DNA of 64,000 nucleotides from Klebsormidium nitens (taxonomy: Eukaryota; Plantae; Klebsormidiophyceae), in NCBI GenBank assembly GCA_000708835.1, contig DF237197.1, positions 1 to 64,000 of the forward strand. The letters are read 5' to 3'. Below the pieces are notes generated by a model, which had not been told where the DNA came from, searched no databases, and worked only from the letters and a program-made list of their open reading frames with translations. Position numbers and translations under genes: made by a program. Shown piece by piece: positions 22,901 to 34,177 of the stretch; position 1 is the stretch's first letter; each line of letters begins with the position of its first letter.

Positions 22901-25287
22901 CTGATTGATCAACGCCTTACCACTTTCATACGCGCAACCGAGCGGACTGCGCACTTTTCTCCGGCAATTGGTTGGCTGTTGAGCACAGCATGTATCACAT
23001 CCATTCTGGCCTCACCACTTCAGCAACCGACACTGAACAGAACGCAAGTTGCACGTTACAGAAAGGTTGACATTTGCTGACGTGTCTCCCCGTGTGCGCG
23101 CGCAGAACCCTTCTTCTGGCCCGCTCCGCGCGAGGCGGCCGCGTTCCGGACGTTGCCCAACCATCCCAGCGAGGCGCGCACGGAAGGTCAGGGATTGCTG
23201 TTTACCCTTTTGCAGTTGTAGCCCGATTCATCCACCGTAAAAAACTTTAAGATTTTGCACCTGCTGTCAGCCATAATCTGGCGGTTGCAAAAAGGAAAAG
23301 CCAGTGCACTCGTGGAAAAGCCACGTGAGGCAGAGATCATGAAACCTCTGCGGACTTCCTACCCACGATTCTCAAGCAGAGGACCCAAACCAGGTGTTTC
23401 GCTAACCCTGCTCAAAATAACTCCGATAACTCGACACTAATTTTTCCTGACCATACAGAACTAAATCAGCCGTGGGAAGAACCCCTGACCGCGACCCTGA
23501 GCCGGGAGGGCGACCCCGACTCGCTGCCCTTCCAGACCGTGGTCGCCCCCGCGAACGGCGCCCTGTTCGAGCGCGACGGCTCTTTCTTCACGTCCGTCTT
23601 TACGGCCGCGGACTCGCTCGCCAAGGTGAGCGTTCTTTCGCCGCTTTGCTTTTTGCTTTTTATCTTGTTAACGTCTCGGTAACTTACTCTGCTTCTTATC
23701 CTAGAATGATCTCAGTAGCTTGCTCTGAGTTCCTATCCTAGAGTAATCTCAGTGACTTGCTTATGATCCTATTCTTGAAGAGCTCTCAGTGAAGATGAAT
23801 CGGTGATATCAAGGAGCCCTCACAGTTGCTGTACAAAGTACAACCAGTCTGAAAACGTCAGATTCTTGAGGTGAACTGGATGGTTTTCCCTGAAATGCAA
23901 TCTTTCCATCGAAGCTGCATGGCAACATACAGTGACGCGTAGACGAAACGCCTTTCACCCAAAAATCTTCAATCCAAACCAGCTCGAGCCCTTTTGCAGA
24001 AGAAGACCATTGGCCGGGACGACAGCAACCCCTCCGGTCCTCGCTTCGACACCGTAACTCCGCTGCGGAAAACCGTGGGTCAACTAGACAAACTGTCGGG
24101 CCTGCTGCGCGACCCGCCGCGGAAACCGGGCCTCACGTGAGCCAACGCCCGCTATTGTGCGGACTCGCTAAAATGCAATTTCTCAAACTGGGTTTGATTT
24201 TGCTCATGTGCTACACAAATTCTGGTTGCAGGGGACTGGAGGGCAGCGAGTCGCTGACCCTTTTGTAGGGCTCAAGTCGGCCGGCTAGCTTAGCGTGCAA
24301 TAAGCCCGCGATTACTGTAACATGTTCCAGCAACTGAATCTGACTCTGAGACTCGACCAGTATGGGTCGGATCCTGAAACCCACATTCGAGACCGATTCC
24401 AAATCCCAAGCTTTAGGATGATATACTGTAAAGAAGGCTACTCGACCGACATTGAAAATCTTCAGAAGCTCGTACGACATCTGTGAGCTTGCAGCATCGG
24501 CGCAGAATCGGGGCAGACGGGGCACCAAAATCCGCTGTCCTCAGCAAGTGTCTTTTCCATCTTTTTTTATCAGCGGTCGATCAAGTGCCTCGCCTCTTCT
24601 TAACCGTTGATTTCTGCCTTCCAGCGGGCGCGCGCGCTTGGATGCTTGCCCCGTGTCCGCTCTGAGCGCAGAACCGTACGTGGAAGGCGCCCAAGAGACG
24701 GCCAAGGTTGACCCGGCACCCTTTACAAGCAAGAACGTGGACTTCAGGTACGCACCAAGCCGCGGACTAGAAACCACTCCAGCAACCACAATCTTTCCGT
24801 CTTTCTCCTTTGGAGCCTTCAATTTCCAGCCAATGATTCCTCCTCTCCGTTGCGCGTTGACCGCGCAGGTAGAAATAGCTTCTCCGAGTTTGACGTCAGT
24901 GTTTAGAAGCAAAATCGGGCTAGTACTTGACGTGAGAACGGCCGGGCAGCCAAGCCAAAAGGAAACATGCAGCCCCCGTGCTTGTGCTGAAGCCGCGTAG
25001 GCCAGGGTCTCTTGTGACACGTATGAAGCTGACAAAGCGTCTTCATGAAAGACCTGACAATTGAAAAGAGCCGCCAAATCTAAAAAGGACAAGTCGCTTT
25101 TGGCAGGCGCCACATTTCCCCGCCCAGGAGTACGGTCGCGAAGCGCGCGATCACCGAGGTGACCGCATCGGAGAAGGCGGCAAACCCCGCGTTCCAGCAA
25201 AGCGCCCTTAGAGAGCCCATCCAGCACCAGTCTGTCTTTAAGGTGACGAGCTGGTACGGGAAACCAGCCGCCCAAGAACATGCATGA
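13973..25287 (+). CDS. CFAP92: CFAP92/KIAA1257 (FAP92)-like flagellar protein, multi-exon (at least 16 exons)
   Basis: Exon translations give LNPVVLTPLRLYSLPDQP..LDTLCQP, LYEDLTSAPLEVRILDR, GVARLSLSELCRG, PFGRIVVRL, ELDVITGLQ|VIDGEIRLLLLEGL, VLSNPDVGFRERLY, FPSAVMVEAVYRKYG, PFFWPAP..HPS and QLDKLSGLLRDPPRKPGL. These recur in the order I recall for CFAP92 homologues. Some internal exon boundaries are uncertain. Confidence 0.78.
15530..15558. repeat. (TCCG)7 microsatellite in a CFAP92 intron
   Basis: gtccgtccgtccgtccgtccgtccgtccg, read directly. Confidence 0.9.
23693..23795. repeat. ~37-bp tandem repeat, 3 diverged copies, intronic
   Basis: TTCTTATCCTAGAATGATCTCAGTAGCTTGC / TTCCTATCCTAGAGTAATCTCAGTGACTTGC / TCCTATTCTTGAAGAGCTCTCAGTGA. 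Confidence 0.75.
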
Positions 25288-26180
25288 CTGAGGGACTTAG
25301 CCAATGGCCGTCCAGCAGTGTAAAGAAGTGGCAGTAATCGAGTCGCCATCTAGCGATAAAAACAAGTGGCAGCGGCCAGACTTGTTTTTGAATGAGTTCG
25401 GTTTTCATGAACGGACTGTACTCGGCTGTAGCGCCGGAGCGTCATGTAAATGCAGTTACTAGCGAATGCAGAGCTAGTGACTGATGAAAACTAAACTCAT
25501 GATGCTCGATGAGGTACTATTGTATGCGTGTCTTGCATTGACACTCGTAAGCTCACCATGAGCTTGCACAGGGACGCATTCGCAACCATAAACATGATTG
25601 GGCTGATCACACACCTTCCGTGTGTATATACTCAACATGGTTGGATTGAAATAGTGATATGAGAAGACACATGTTCCGCGCACATGCCCGAATTCGATGG
25701 CCGCTCCGGTCGCGAGACATGCACGAAAGCTGCATTATGATATCGGCCGCAATATGGCGCCGGATATGACATCGCGTTGCATGGTACGCGCGTATCATTG
25801 TACATTAATTAAGTGTGCGCCGCGCGGACGGTCGGATGTAACGTCGATATAAGCATGCATACCATGTGACATATATTCAATTGAGCACCAATACATCATG
25901 CAGTGGCGGCATTATATAGTGATTCCTTGCATGCATGTTCATATCACGTACGCTTGCCGACTAGAGCATGGGCCGCAATCATTTGAGCGCTGGGCCACAC
26001 TGCTTTGAGTTGGTCGAAATAGCGCATCCGTTACGGCCTTGCAATTGCACAAGTTGATCTCTGAATCCGTCGTTGCTCTTGTCACTATCAAACGAATGAA
26101 ATGAAAATCATGTTTCGCACGCACGACACCCACCTTGAGAGCAGGCCGGCCGACAAGAGCGATGTCGAGCAGATCAATCA

Positions 26181-28561
26181 CTATACAAGCTCAACTTGAC
26201 CGTTTTCCAGGAATCCTCTAATCAATCTATATCTAATAATGAACAATTCTCCCTCTGTTATCGTTACAGGATTTTCATCCCCGCTGCAAGAAAGAATGTA
26301 AGTTTCAGACCAAACTTCGTAAGGCTTGCAATACAGTGAACAATATTGCCTGCAGTGAGTGTCGACCCAAACTTTGTAATGCTTGCAGTACAGAGAACAA
26401 CACTGTCTGCCCATGCGGAATGAACGGGCCATTAACGGATTCCTTGTTCGCTGCAACAGATTCATGTACGCAACCAAGGAATGAAGCGAAGCATATCATA
26501 CGAGGCAAGTACAAGAACCGTAAATCCTCTGCTCAGATGCTCTGCGGAGAGAGAGACTGCACTCACCGTTCGTCTAGCTCTATGAGGCCTAGGTGCTCTT
26601 TAGCTCGAGCGAAGACAAAGGTGTCCAAATCCGGCCTTGGTACTGCAACGCTCAGAAGGACGTGATGAGCGAAGTTGGCAAGGGCACGTTGACAGAGTTC
26701 AAGCATAAGATTTTATGGAGGCGCAGACAAGGTCAAAACATGCCACATTCGTGAAAAGGCAGACAGAACCTTTCGAAGCTGTTTTTGTGTCAATGCAGAG
26801 TCGGTGTATTGGTGAAACATCTGCTGCGTAGTCAGTATAAAGGCACAAACGGGCGAGCAACTTCTGTTTCGGAACCCAGAAAAGCAAGACGAGGTTGAGG
26901 GGGCCTTGATATAACCCCAGGATCTCAGGAGGCACCAAGATGGAGATTCTGTCCAGGCAAGCCAGCCGGCCGCCCCAGCAAGGCTGTAACCATGTAACCA
27001 TGAGGATGTACCGGCCGCAAACACTTCCTTAAGATAAGGCCACCATTCTGGCTTGAAAGTTCAAGGTACCGTTCACCTGGCAGTTCTGAAACCCTCATTG
27101 CGCAAAGCCAGCCACTTTAAAACCTTTCGGATGAAAGGAAAGACGCGAGAGGAAACGGATGAGAGCCCTTGTTGCAGATCTTACCCATGTCTGGTTCCTT
27201 TCCTTCTGATTCATATTGGTGTAGAAGCTTGTTGTACGTCGCCGGCAGCTCCGACAAGACCGCTCGATCCATGTACTGATCCAACATGTCGCAAAATCTG
27301 CCAGTTGCAGAAAATTTGCCCTTACGATCCAACCAACGCGTTTCCGAGTTTGTCAGCGGCAGGACAAGGATAGTGGCACGTTTTTCCGCCTTCGCGAACT
27401 TCACTGGGTACAGATACTTGAAGACAAACCCTGCAGAGGCTATTTTGTCGGTGCGCTGGAGGCATCAACCGTAGGTTCTACCTTGATACACAAGATGCTG
27501 ACTGCTTCCAGGTTTCATCAATGTTTGAGTTCATTGCTAAAAAGTCCAGAGAGTTGGCAATCAAGGAGCGTTCAGAAAATACGGAGCATATCATGCACGT
27601 CAAGCTTGGGAGCTAACTAAAAGAGAGGGCGTTGTTGGACTTACTTTTCAAGATAATTGAGTTCTTTTGGGGATAGCCGCTTCACTGAGTCTCCTCCTGC
27701 TATGTGAATGGCGTGTTTCTCAATCTGAACAGGGAGGGCACGACTTTGAAGAAGAGACCTTATCACTTCTTACTTTTTAAAGACCAACTTCCACTGGCAA
27801 TTGCTAAAACATGCAGGTTTCTGACAAGCGGGCCCAAGTGTTAGTCAAAGTGGACTGGAGGTATCTTAGGGGGAAAATGTGCAATCTTACACGGACACTC
27901 TGAGACCATTGACCTGCCACTACTTCAAAGGTTCTGATGACTGCCACATGATACGGTCACATTCCTCACCTTTTCTAATCGTGTCCGTAAATATGATCGC
28001 ATCAGGAACTTTATTCGGTCCACATCTAGCTTGTATAGGGTGACGATAGTCTCAAGGTTTGGGTCACTTTGAGAGTCCTGTATCAACTCTTCCTGCAAAA
28101 AGGGAAAAAAGTTCTCAGCGGGGCCATGTGTTAGAAAAGTCTTAACTATTGAAAGCAAAGAGCTGCCATCATCCACAGGATTTTCATTTGAGCAACATGG
28201 TCAGATTGCGCTCAGATCCTCGATTCTCAGAGCCCCAATTCTACAGAATTTGAGTGAGGTTTGTTGATCGCAGGAGCTAGACGAAATGTGGATCACTGAT
28301 CCCTGGATATCAGTCATGACAGAATTACCATCAAAGGACTTTGCCGTAAATCTCCAACGTACACCACCACCGAAGCAGCGCCCCTACCTGAAACTCCACT
28401 TGCTCTTTCACCCGCTCCAGCAACTCTTCCTGGTAGGGCAGGATCTCCGGCGCCGCCTTCTCATCTCTCCAAGCACGTTTCAGGAGCTCTCCGTCACTTG
28501 TGCTTGCGACATCAGCTTCATCATCCTGTTCTGACGGGCCCCCAAGATCAAAGTCGTCCAT
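26181..28561 (-). CDS. GINS4: DNA replication GINS complex subunit Sld5, 6 exons, ~222 aa
   Basis: Exons 28561-28388, 28092-27970, 27724-27645, 27297-27185, 26642-26567 and 26283-26181 join in frame (669 nt). Motifs: LLKRAWRDEKAAPEIL, LYKLDVDRIKFLMRSYLRTRLEKIEK, PRPDLDTFVF and GELFIIRYRLIRGFLENGQVELV. Confidence 0.95.
26309..26420. repeat. 57-bp tandem duplication in the last SLD5 intron
   Basis: CCAAACTTCGTAAGGCTTGCAATACAGTGAACAATATTGCCTGC versus CCAAACTTTGTAATGCTTGCAGTACAGAGAACAACACTGTCTGC. Confidence 0.8.
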
Positions 28562-29107
28562 AGCACACCCTCCTCATGCAATTCTTGAAGGTAAGTCCAC
28601 TGTCAAAGTTTCAAAGTGAAAAGAGCTGCCGCTGCTAGCACGCCCAAGCGCTGCAGTTGCCAACCACAACTCTGACAAAGAGTATTTTTCCGAATGAATA
28701 GGTCACGTAGAGAAAGAAAAAGTGCTTCTTTCCCACGACGCTTTTGCAATGCGGCCTTTTCGTCCAAGCCAGCAGCGCCTTCTGCGCTGCCACTGCCAGT
28801 GCCAGGGCAAAGGAGCCGGACTCAGGCTAGTCCGCGCGCCATGAAAATCCGTGGCCGGAATCAACCGGAATTGCGGAAGCGAAGGGAGGCCGGAACCCAA
28901 CGTCTTGGAATTTCAAATTTCCAATTGTGCAGATTGCAATGCCATTGCTGGCATCAGCTGCATTTACACCATTTTGTTGAACAGACTCCACAATCTGGAG
29001 TCTCCTCACATCTGCTGTCTTCTGCGTCTGTGCTCCCAGCTTGCCGCCGCCCGCAATCACGCCAACTGCTTGGATCGTTGTTCCATGATTCCCAGCCGTC
29101 AGTGAAA

Positions 29108-29779
29108 ATGACATGGCGGACGTCATTGGGGGCAAGGGTTTTAGGGCCCTGTGAGAAGGCCCTCTTTCTTGAATTCTTTGAGCTCTGGTGGGACTCCAAT
29201 GACGGTTTTGAGCACATATGGTACCGCGTAGCTGCAAAACCATTCCTTTTGTTGACCAAAGCGCAGAAGCACTCTGTCGTTGAGGAGGTTCTCGTACACC
29301 TTCTCGGCCCTACAGAAACCTGCCCGGAGTTGACGGCCGCAAATGAGAGTTGTATATACTCCTGCTACTCATATATGCTTGATATGGAGTTGGAGATGAA
29401 GGCGGAAGTATATGGAGAAGGCATCCTTCAAGCACTTGAAGAGCGCGGCTGTACCATCAAAAAGACTGGAGCTGGAGCTGACAAGGTGGAGGACCTCTCT
29501 AATCCTGCTCAGAAAGGTAATCTAGAGCCAGACGAGGATGATGATGATGACGCCAACTGGCCGTACATGGGTTGCGAGGAGGAGTGGAAATGGGACTCGG
29601 CAATTGAGTTTTTGGCTGACTCTATCCTTTGGGACCGAGACTGGGTCCTACCTTTTGTCCAAGCAGACCCTGAATTGATGAGGTCCGTGGACATAGACCG
29701 AAACTATTTTAGGATGCCCCGAGCCAAAACAGGTGCAATAAAGCGGGTAGAAATGTACCTTGGTTCGTTGAGCCATTGA
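29108..29779 (+). CDS. Intronless acidic hypothetical protein (~223 aa from MTWRTSLG), bacterial-like
   Basis: Continuous ORF. The upstream in-frame extension to 28694 looks non-coding. Motifs WRTSLGARVL, QKHSVVEEVLVHLL and WDSAIEFLADSILWDRDW. Lies head-to-head with SLD5. Confidence 0.7.
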   Translation: MTWRTSLGARVLGPCEKALFLEFFELWWDSNDGFEHIWYRVAAKPFLLLTKAQKHSVVEEVLVHLLGPTETCPELTAANESCIYSCYSYMLDMELEMKAEVYGEGILQALEERGCTIKKTGAGADKVEDLSNPAQKGNLEPDEDDDDDANWPYMGCEEEWKWDSAIEFLADSILWDRDWVLPFVQADPELMRSVDIDRNYFRMPRAKTGAIKRVEMYLGSLSH

Positions 29780-30787
29780 ACAATGCAAAGTAGGGCAAAT
29801 CAGTCAAAGGACTATTGGGGCCGCTACTTCCTCATTCTGTAGATTTGAGGGACACCATTATGTTCATTGCACATCTTCCTCTTCGCATAACTCGACACGA
29901 TGGTGTTAGTTGCATAGACCATTTGTTTGGTGCATGATGCTCGTGTCTGGTAGAACACTGCCACTCGAGCCAAAATCACGCAGTTGATGTGCTTCATGTG
30001 ACCCTTCAAGGTTCCAGTTGCTATGAGCAGATGTATACTTGCTCCTTTGCGTACTTTGTTGAAGCCGACTTGATGGTTCAAAAGGTTGGATGAAAGATTG
30101 GAAACGGTTACTTTTGTTGAATGCGGATTCAGTGACAGCCATCATTACGCGGGCTTTATTTAAGGACTCTCCGTTGTGACTCAGACAGCATTTTTATGCA
30201 AGAGCATGATTGCAGAACACTGCAACACAGGTCCAGTCCAGTAACGCCGATTTTGGAGCGGCCAGCTGCCATGTGCATGTCCAAATGCACAAACTTGAAG
30301 GACGCCTTGGTATACTCATGCACGTTATAATGTGATCATAGTACTGGTATATGCAAGACCCTTAATTCTAGCTACAAGTTGCAATTATATTCTCATGGTG
30401 CCTTTGAATTAAACATATGCGCTGTAGTCGATCGCATGCACAAGAAAGCTCTATACGCACACGTACTTGAAATCCTCATGCAATTCTCATGTGCATCAGT
30501 GCTGCATGCAGCAGATTGCATGATCATGCATGCAAAATTCGATCTTCCGCGAGCTACTATGATCGGGCTTTCATGGCGCCTTTCAAGTTTGGATGGCACG
30601 TACATAAGCTGCAATGATCATGTATAAGACATGCATAGGTAAGCCGGTGCAGGTTTTGGGCAAGGCGCAGTTGCACGACCTGCCGGTTGCTACAGTGACT
30701 CACATTTCACCAGATATGGAACATAGGAGTTGTCGACACTATGCGTGCTGCATCAGTTCAAACTTTCCATGATCAACCGGCCATGTA

Positions 30788-33420
30788 TCACTTCTTCGTC
30801 CTGGATAGCTCCTTCATCTCCTGCTTTATATCCTTTAGCTTCCTTAGCAACTCCCCTTTCCGCGGGTTCTCTGGTTGCCGCTCGACATCGCCAAGCATTC
30901 TCTTGACGAGACCCGCAAAGTAACCATCTTCTGACTGTAAAAGCGAGAGGTCTTCTTGGAAAATTGCATTTCTGCCGGAGGAGTTCTTCTCCCGGAGCAA
31001 CCTATTCAGCAACCGAATCTCAGGCCGTAGCGTCTTCTCTTTTTCAGCAAGAGCCACCTTGAGAGTACTCTCGAGCTGATTCACGACTTCAGCGTTGCCC
31101 TCCTTCTTCGCCTGTCAAAGAAAATTGACTTCCGTGAAAATGCATCGACAAAAGCGAAGAGCCGACAGTTGGAATGAATGTCGTGAAGGTCAATTGGACT
31201 TCACAGCATGATGCTGTAAACTCGAAGGCAGCGGAAGAAGTGAATTCTGAAAGAGACTCAAGACCCCAAACTTTCAATACGTTCGTCCGACAGTAGTCAT
31301 CAGTCGAAGCTCAGGGGGAGACTCTGTTTTGTCTTGTACGAGTGGCTCCACGAATGGGCGCAAGAGACACGATCACCGCACCAGTCAGACTCTACAGAGC
31401 CCCTCAACAATCCCCAAAAAGCGCCAAGAGTTTCAGAGTAATCAATGATTCTCGTCTTGGAAGGCGGGGGCAAGTACGACGTGATTTTGTTTGTACAGAG
31501 GATTAGGACTGCGCCTCCCCAAGGGTTCTTGGCAGGTGGACAACTGAAAGGCAAGCCTCCGACAATCGAGCAATCAGCCTTCGACAGGGCCCCAGGTCAG
31601 AATTATTCACACCGAGCCAGATCGCTAGCAACAATGGATCCGTTTCCCGGAGTCTGTCACAGCGATTGACTTGGATATCCCAACAATAATCAAAGCTTGT
31701 GTGCAATGAATCAAGCTCAAGCCGTGCATCGAGCAAGGGTTCGCCAGGCTCCAAACGGCCATACCATTCCTTAGCAGACCTGCCGACTTTCGACAACCAG
31801 CAAACGAAGCACCTTTTGCGTCTTTAGTTTCAAGACGTGAATGAAGAGCGAGCTGGTGAGGGAAATAATGAACAAGTAAAGGAGAAGAAAGCGCGAAAAA
31901 ATGAGCGGTGAGAAGTTTGGAACGTGACTTCAGACGAACGAAGGAATGCGTAAGAAGGACAGAGAGAAGGAGAGGGTCCGCACCAAGTCTAGGTATGTGG
32001 ACGCAATCATGAAGAACTCTTCGGAAAGAGCGTGCACGTTTTCACGCGCCGTGGCCTGAAGGTCCTTGGCCTGTAGCAGCTGCGCCAACAATTGTGTCGC
32101 TTCTAGTTGGTAGTTGCGGGCCTGCTTGATGGCCTCTGCACGAACCAGTCAAAGAGGCGAAGTGTCATCCATGAACGAGGTCAGTTTGAAACCGCGTAGG
32201 ATTCTTCAGGCTGGGCGTAATCAAAGGACGGCGATCAAACGTAGGTTGCTATATGAATGCCTCCTTTCAGCTGCCAATTCTTTCATGATTCCTTTGTGAA
32301 CGTTACTCTGGATGTAGAAGCTTCGTAATTAAGCACAGCTGACAGCAAACCTTTTCTTCCAAACAGGTGGTTGAAGATACGATCTATATCTCGCCCTTCT
32401 GAAACCGCTCCTAGGCCATCCGCCCCAAATTCCAGAATTCAACGATATTGCCACAGAAAAACGCAACCGTCGGTTAGACAAATATATGTCAAATTGAATG
32501 TCTAAAAGGGCGTCAATGGTTTCGAGTACCGTTCTTGCAAATGCTACAAGCTACAGCCAAATGATGGCTTTTCCAGAAAGCGTTGAGACTGTCCCTGACC
32601 TTGTTCTTTTGTTCCCCCACTCCGGTTCGACGATGGCTGTCCGAAGCCCTTGCCGCTGCCCGCTATTGGGGACGTCCGAGCCCTCCTCAACGGGGCCTGC
32701 CAAACGGGAGCCCCACGAACAAGCGAACCTGCAACAGTGATCTTATACTTTTGAACTGACAGTTTGGTGTTGGACACCAGCAAGTGGGGGCCAACGAGTG
32801 CTTGGGCGACTGGCAGAATCCATTGATTGGTTTACCCGGTTCGTTGACGACGAAATGTGGAGAAGTGTATGCTTGACTTGAATGTCAGAGAGAATTGGGA
32901 GCCGCTACGGGGTTCCAAAAGAGGATGTGAAGGACCCTGCTTGGGGCAACAGGTTTTACTCTGACAATTGAGCGACTACTGATTGGATAATGCTACGTTC
33001 CTTTTGAGAGGAGGTCTTGCAAACCCTCCCCACCCCAGCATTTGCAAGCGGCTAACCTTACGCAGCATTAAAACTTCCGCCTCTGCAAAGGATTGCAACC
33101 CTTGGAAATGCCAGTTGGTATTATGGGTTAGCCAAAAGTTTGTTCCTTAATTTGCAAAATAGGGACCGCCAAGTATGCCACCACTATGCAACCGTCAACA
33201 CTGCCACTAAAATTAGGAAACTTGGAGCTCTCCAAGAGTAGAAGGCGGGATGGGGCTTACTCTGCTCATAGAAGGAGCGGCCCAAGCTTGACCTTGGAAG
33301 CTGTGCTGTGCGCAGACACCTGTCCTGACCATTTATTGACCGGTCTGCATTCAAAGAAGCGCCTGCTGAGCCCCGGAGTTTGAGATGCAGTCCGCCCTGA
33401 CAACGTGCTGCGGCCTGCAT
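30788..33420 (-). CDS. Helical protein of unknown function, possibly plastid-targeted
   Basis: Clear in-frame exons 32121-31984 (ARNYQLEATQLLAQLL..EEFFMIASTYLDL) and 31111-30788 (AKKEGNAEVVNQLE..KTLRPEIRLLNRLL..DGYFAGLVKRMLGDVERQPENPRK). The transit-peptide-like 5' exons (~33420 and ~32730-32610) are uncertain. Confidence 0.6.
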
Positions 33421-34177
33421 TGTTGAGATTTTGATTCAGCTGTATGAAGAATTGTAGACTGCACGAAATAAGCACGAGCTGAAATGGAGAATGGAGGCGA
33501 AATTTATATGTCATTGAATGCAAGTGTACCTACGGCGCAACTCCGGAGTCCTGCAGCCAGCTTGCTGATCTCAAACTAGACATCTGTGAATGCACGAAGC
33601 TATCCATTACCATGGAAGACTGTGTGACGGCAAAGGCGACGGTTTTCGATGCTGACTTGGACACTGTACTTTAACCGTCGAGTAGCCTCTGCCGTTCAAA
33701 CTTCCCCCATAATCGACGGCAACTTGGTGCCCTGCAAGACCTGATATTGGTCACAAGCAGTCCGTCACGAGCATTCAAACTGCATGCATTCGTGACGTGC
33801 AGGCACTCTCGAGCAAGCAGGGACCTCCGACGACGACTGCGCAATGTGCAACAGTGCATGCTGTGCAAATTGTGGTTCAAGAAATTACAGCTAGGCCGTT
33901 TCTCCTGTGGGATCGTGGTGTTCTTCGTTCAATCATCTCTCCTCCGTCCCTTCGGATCCTGCATGGGGTGCAGTCTTTGGGGGAAACGGGAATTGAGTTT
34001 GGAAGAAATTTTGGAGTGGCAATTGTGGTTCGCAGCTCACGCAATCAGACAGGAGCAAAAAGAAGACCGCTGCACACTGATGTCTCTTCAAAGAGCTGTT
34101 TACCTTGCAGCTCCACCTTTTGCTAGCCCTTTTGCAAGTAAGCATTAGAGCTGGTAAAATCGTAGGTGTCTGCCAAA

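Noticed and set aside
28694-29107. N-terminal 138 aa of the 361-aa ORF
   Set aside because: It overlaps the divergent promoter region of SLD5 and has non-coding-like composition; ATG 29108 is a better start.
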